From the IMG/VR virus record IMGVR_UViG_3300032216_001609, positions 1 to 47,305 of that record: a stretch of DNA of 47,305 nucleotides; one strand, written 5' to 3'. Below, in pieces: positions 46,293 through 47,305 of this stretch. Numbering within the stretch: position 1 is the stretch's first letter; every line of letters starts with the position of its first letter. The notes beneath the pieces were generated by a model. That model worked only from the letters and a program-made list of their open reading frames with translations. It was not told the DNA's origin and made no database searches. Origin of the DNA: a virus. Lineage: Duplodnaviria > Caudoviricetes. Both the position numbers and the translations under genes were made by a program.

Positions 46293-47131
46293 TGTTTCAG
46301 GAAAATGCAAACTTTGAACAAATAGCTGAAGAAATTTGGATTTGGCGAAATTTTGTTACTGAAGAAGAAAATAATCAAATTGTTTCAATTATGAAAGAAT
46401 ATGAATCTCGTTTTTCTAATAAAGATCAAGCTTTTAAATTTGAAGATCAGGCCATCGATTGGTATAAAGATAAGACTGGGCCAACCCTAGTAGAATTAAA
46501 GCCTATTTGGGATAGAATCTCTATGGCGTTATATCCAGATCATTATATACATCCTCAACTTTTTGTAAACGTAATGCGTCCTGGTGACGATGGCATGTTT
46601 GTTCATGCTGACAGTCCAGGAATGAACATGGAACACCATTTAACACAGCTAGACAGATGGTCAACATGCTGTAGATTAAGTCATGGCATAGTTACTTATT
46701 TTGGTGACTACACAGATGGACAAATTTTTTATCCAAATATTGAAAAAGATGGTTCTGTAAAAAATAGACCTGGAGATTTTCAAGATTGTCTAGAAGTAGA
46801 TGTAAAGCCTAGAGATCTTGTAGTGCACGGAGCTGGACATCCTTGGGAACATGGAGTTAGACAAATAACAAGTGGCATTAGATATGCTTATTCAAACTTT
46901 TGCATGGAAAAAGAACATGCACCTGGAACATACGAGCTATTTAATCCCGATAAACATCCACATATGATGGATAAACAAGAAATTATTGATTGGAATGCAA
47001 CTGTACATCCTGAAACAACATTTTGTAAAAAGAAATGTATTTGTGGAGATTCAGCAGACTTCCCATATTGCGACAATACTCATAAAATTGTTAATAAAAG
47101 AAAACAAGAAGAGGGCAATTCAGACATTTAG
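46292..47131 (+). CDS. 2OG-Fe(II) oxygenase fused to a C-terminal CDGSH-type Fe-S motif
   Basis: HAD...YFGDYTDG...EHGV...RYA; CICGDSADFPYCDNTH. Confidence 0.8.
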   Translation: MFQENANFEQIAEEIWIWRNFVTEEENNQIVSIMKEYESRFSNKDQAFKFEDQAIDWYKDKTGPTLVELKPIWDRISMALYPDHYIHPQLFVNVMRPGDDGMFVHADSPGMNMEHHLTQLDRWSTCCRLSHGIVTYFGDYTDGQIFYPNIEKDGSVKNRPGDFQDCLEVDVKPRDLVVHGAGHPWEHGVRQITSGIRYAYSNFCMEKEHAPGTYELFNPDKHPHMMDKQEIIDWNATVHPETTFCKKKCICGDSADFPYCDNTHKIVNKRKQEEGNSDI

Positions 47132-47305
47132 TGCAAAAAGTGCAAAAGTGAAAAAATTGAAGTGCGGCGGCGGTAGAAGAACCATTTAATTCAATGGATC
47201 ATTTACTATGAATTGCGGATTATATATCTCATTACCACTATACTCATATAACATATCCATTAATAACTTACACTCTGTATGGCTTTCTAAGTACCATATG
47301 TCACA

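Noticed and set aside
44568-47305. tRNA genes or a cobalamin riboswitch near the RNR
   Set aside because: No cloverleaf or T-loop consensus was seen, and the RNR leader is too short (about 50 nt) for a B12 riboswitch.

Overview
This is a 47.3-kb AT-rich segment of a large tailed phage (siphovirus-type). Gene order and protein motifs resemble large actinobacteriophages, and leaderless promoters suggest an actinobacterial host; both points are inference. Bases 1-44.6 kb are transcribed leftwards (minus strand) in this order: class II-like ribonucleotide reductase; EF-hand holin-like gene; a long block of fibre/accessory virion genes; an array of nine 2OG-Fe(II) oxygenases mixed with three DUF6065/dUTPase-fold-like genes; a peptidase-S74 fibre and a LamG protein; portal, protease/scaffold, capsid, neck, major tail, frameshifted tail chaperone, a 2502-aa tape measure and minor tail genes. 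Small genes, a lytic transglycosylase, a candidate sRNA and an oxygenase-CDGSH fusion run rightwards. Two candidate undescribed systems stand out. (1) Two unrelated virion-type proteins end in the same module: (FF[S/A]PPG)n-linker-Hint domain-HNK-stop. One of them lies directly upstream of the prolyl-hydroxylase-like array, suggesting a self-processing, enzymatically modified peptide tag system. (2) The tape measure protein carries an HNH-like cassette and an R-S-E ADP-ribosyltransferase-like cassette, bounded by a repeated AxGGxV-x5-NYG linker, suggesting injected effector cargo. All calls come from reading motifs by eye; no database searches were run.
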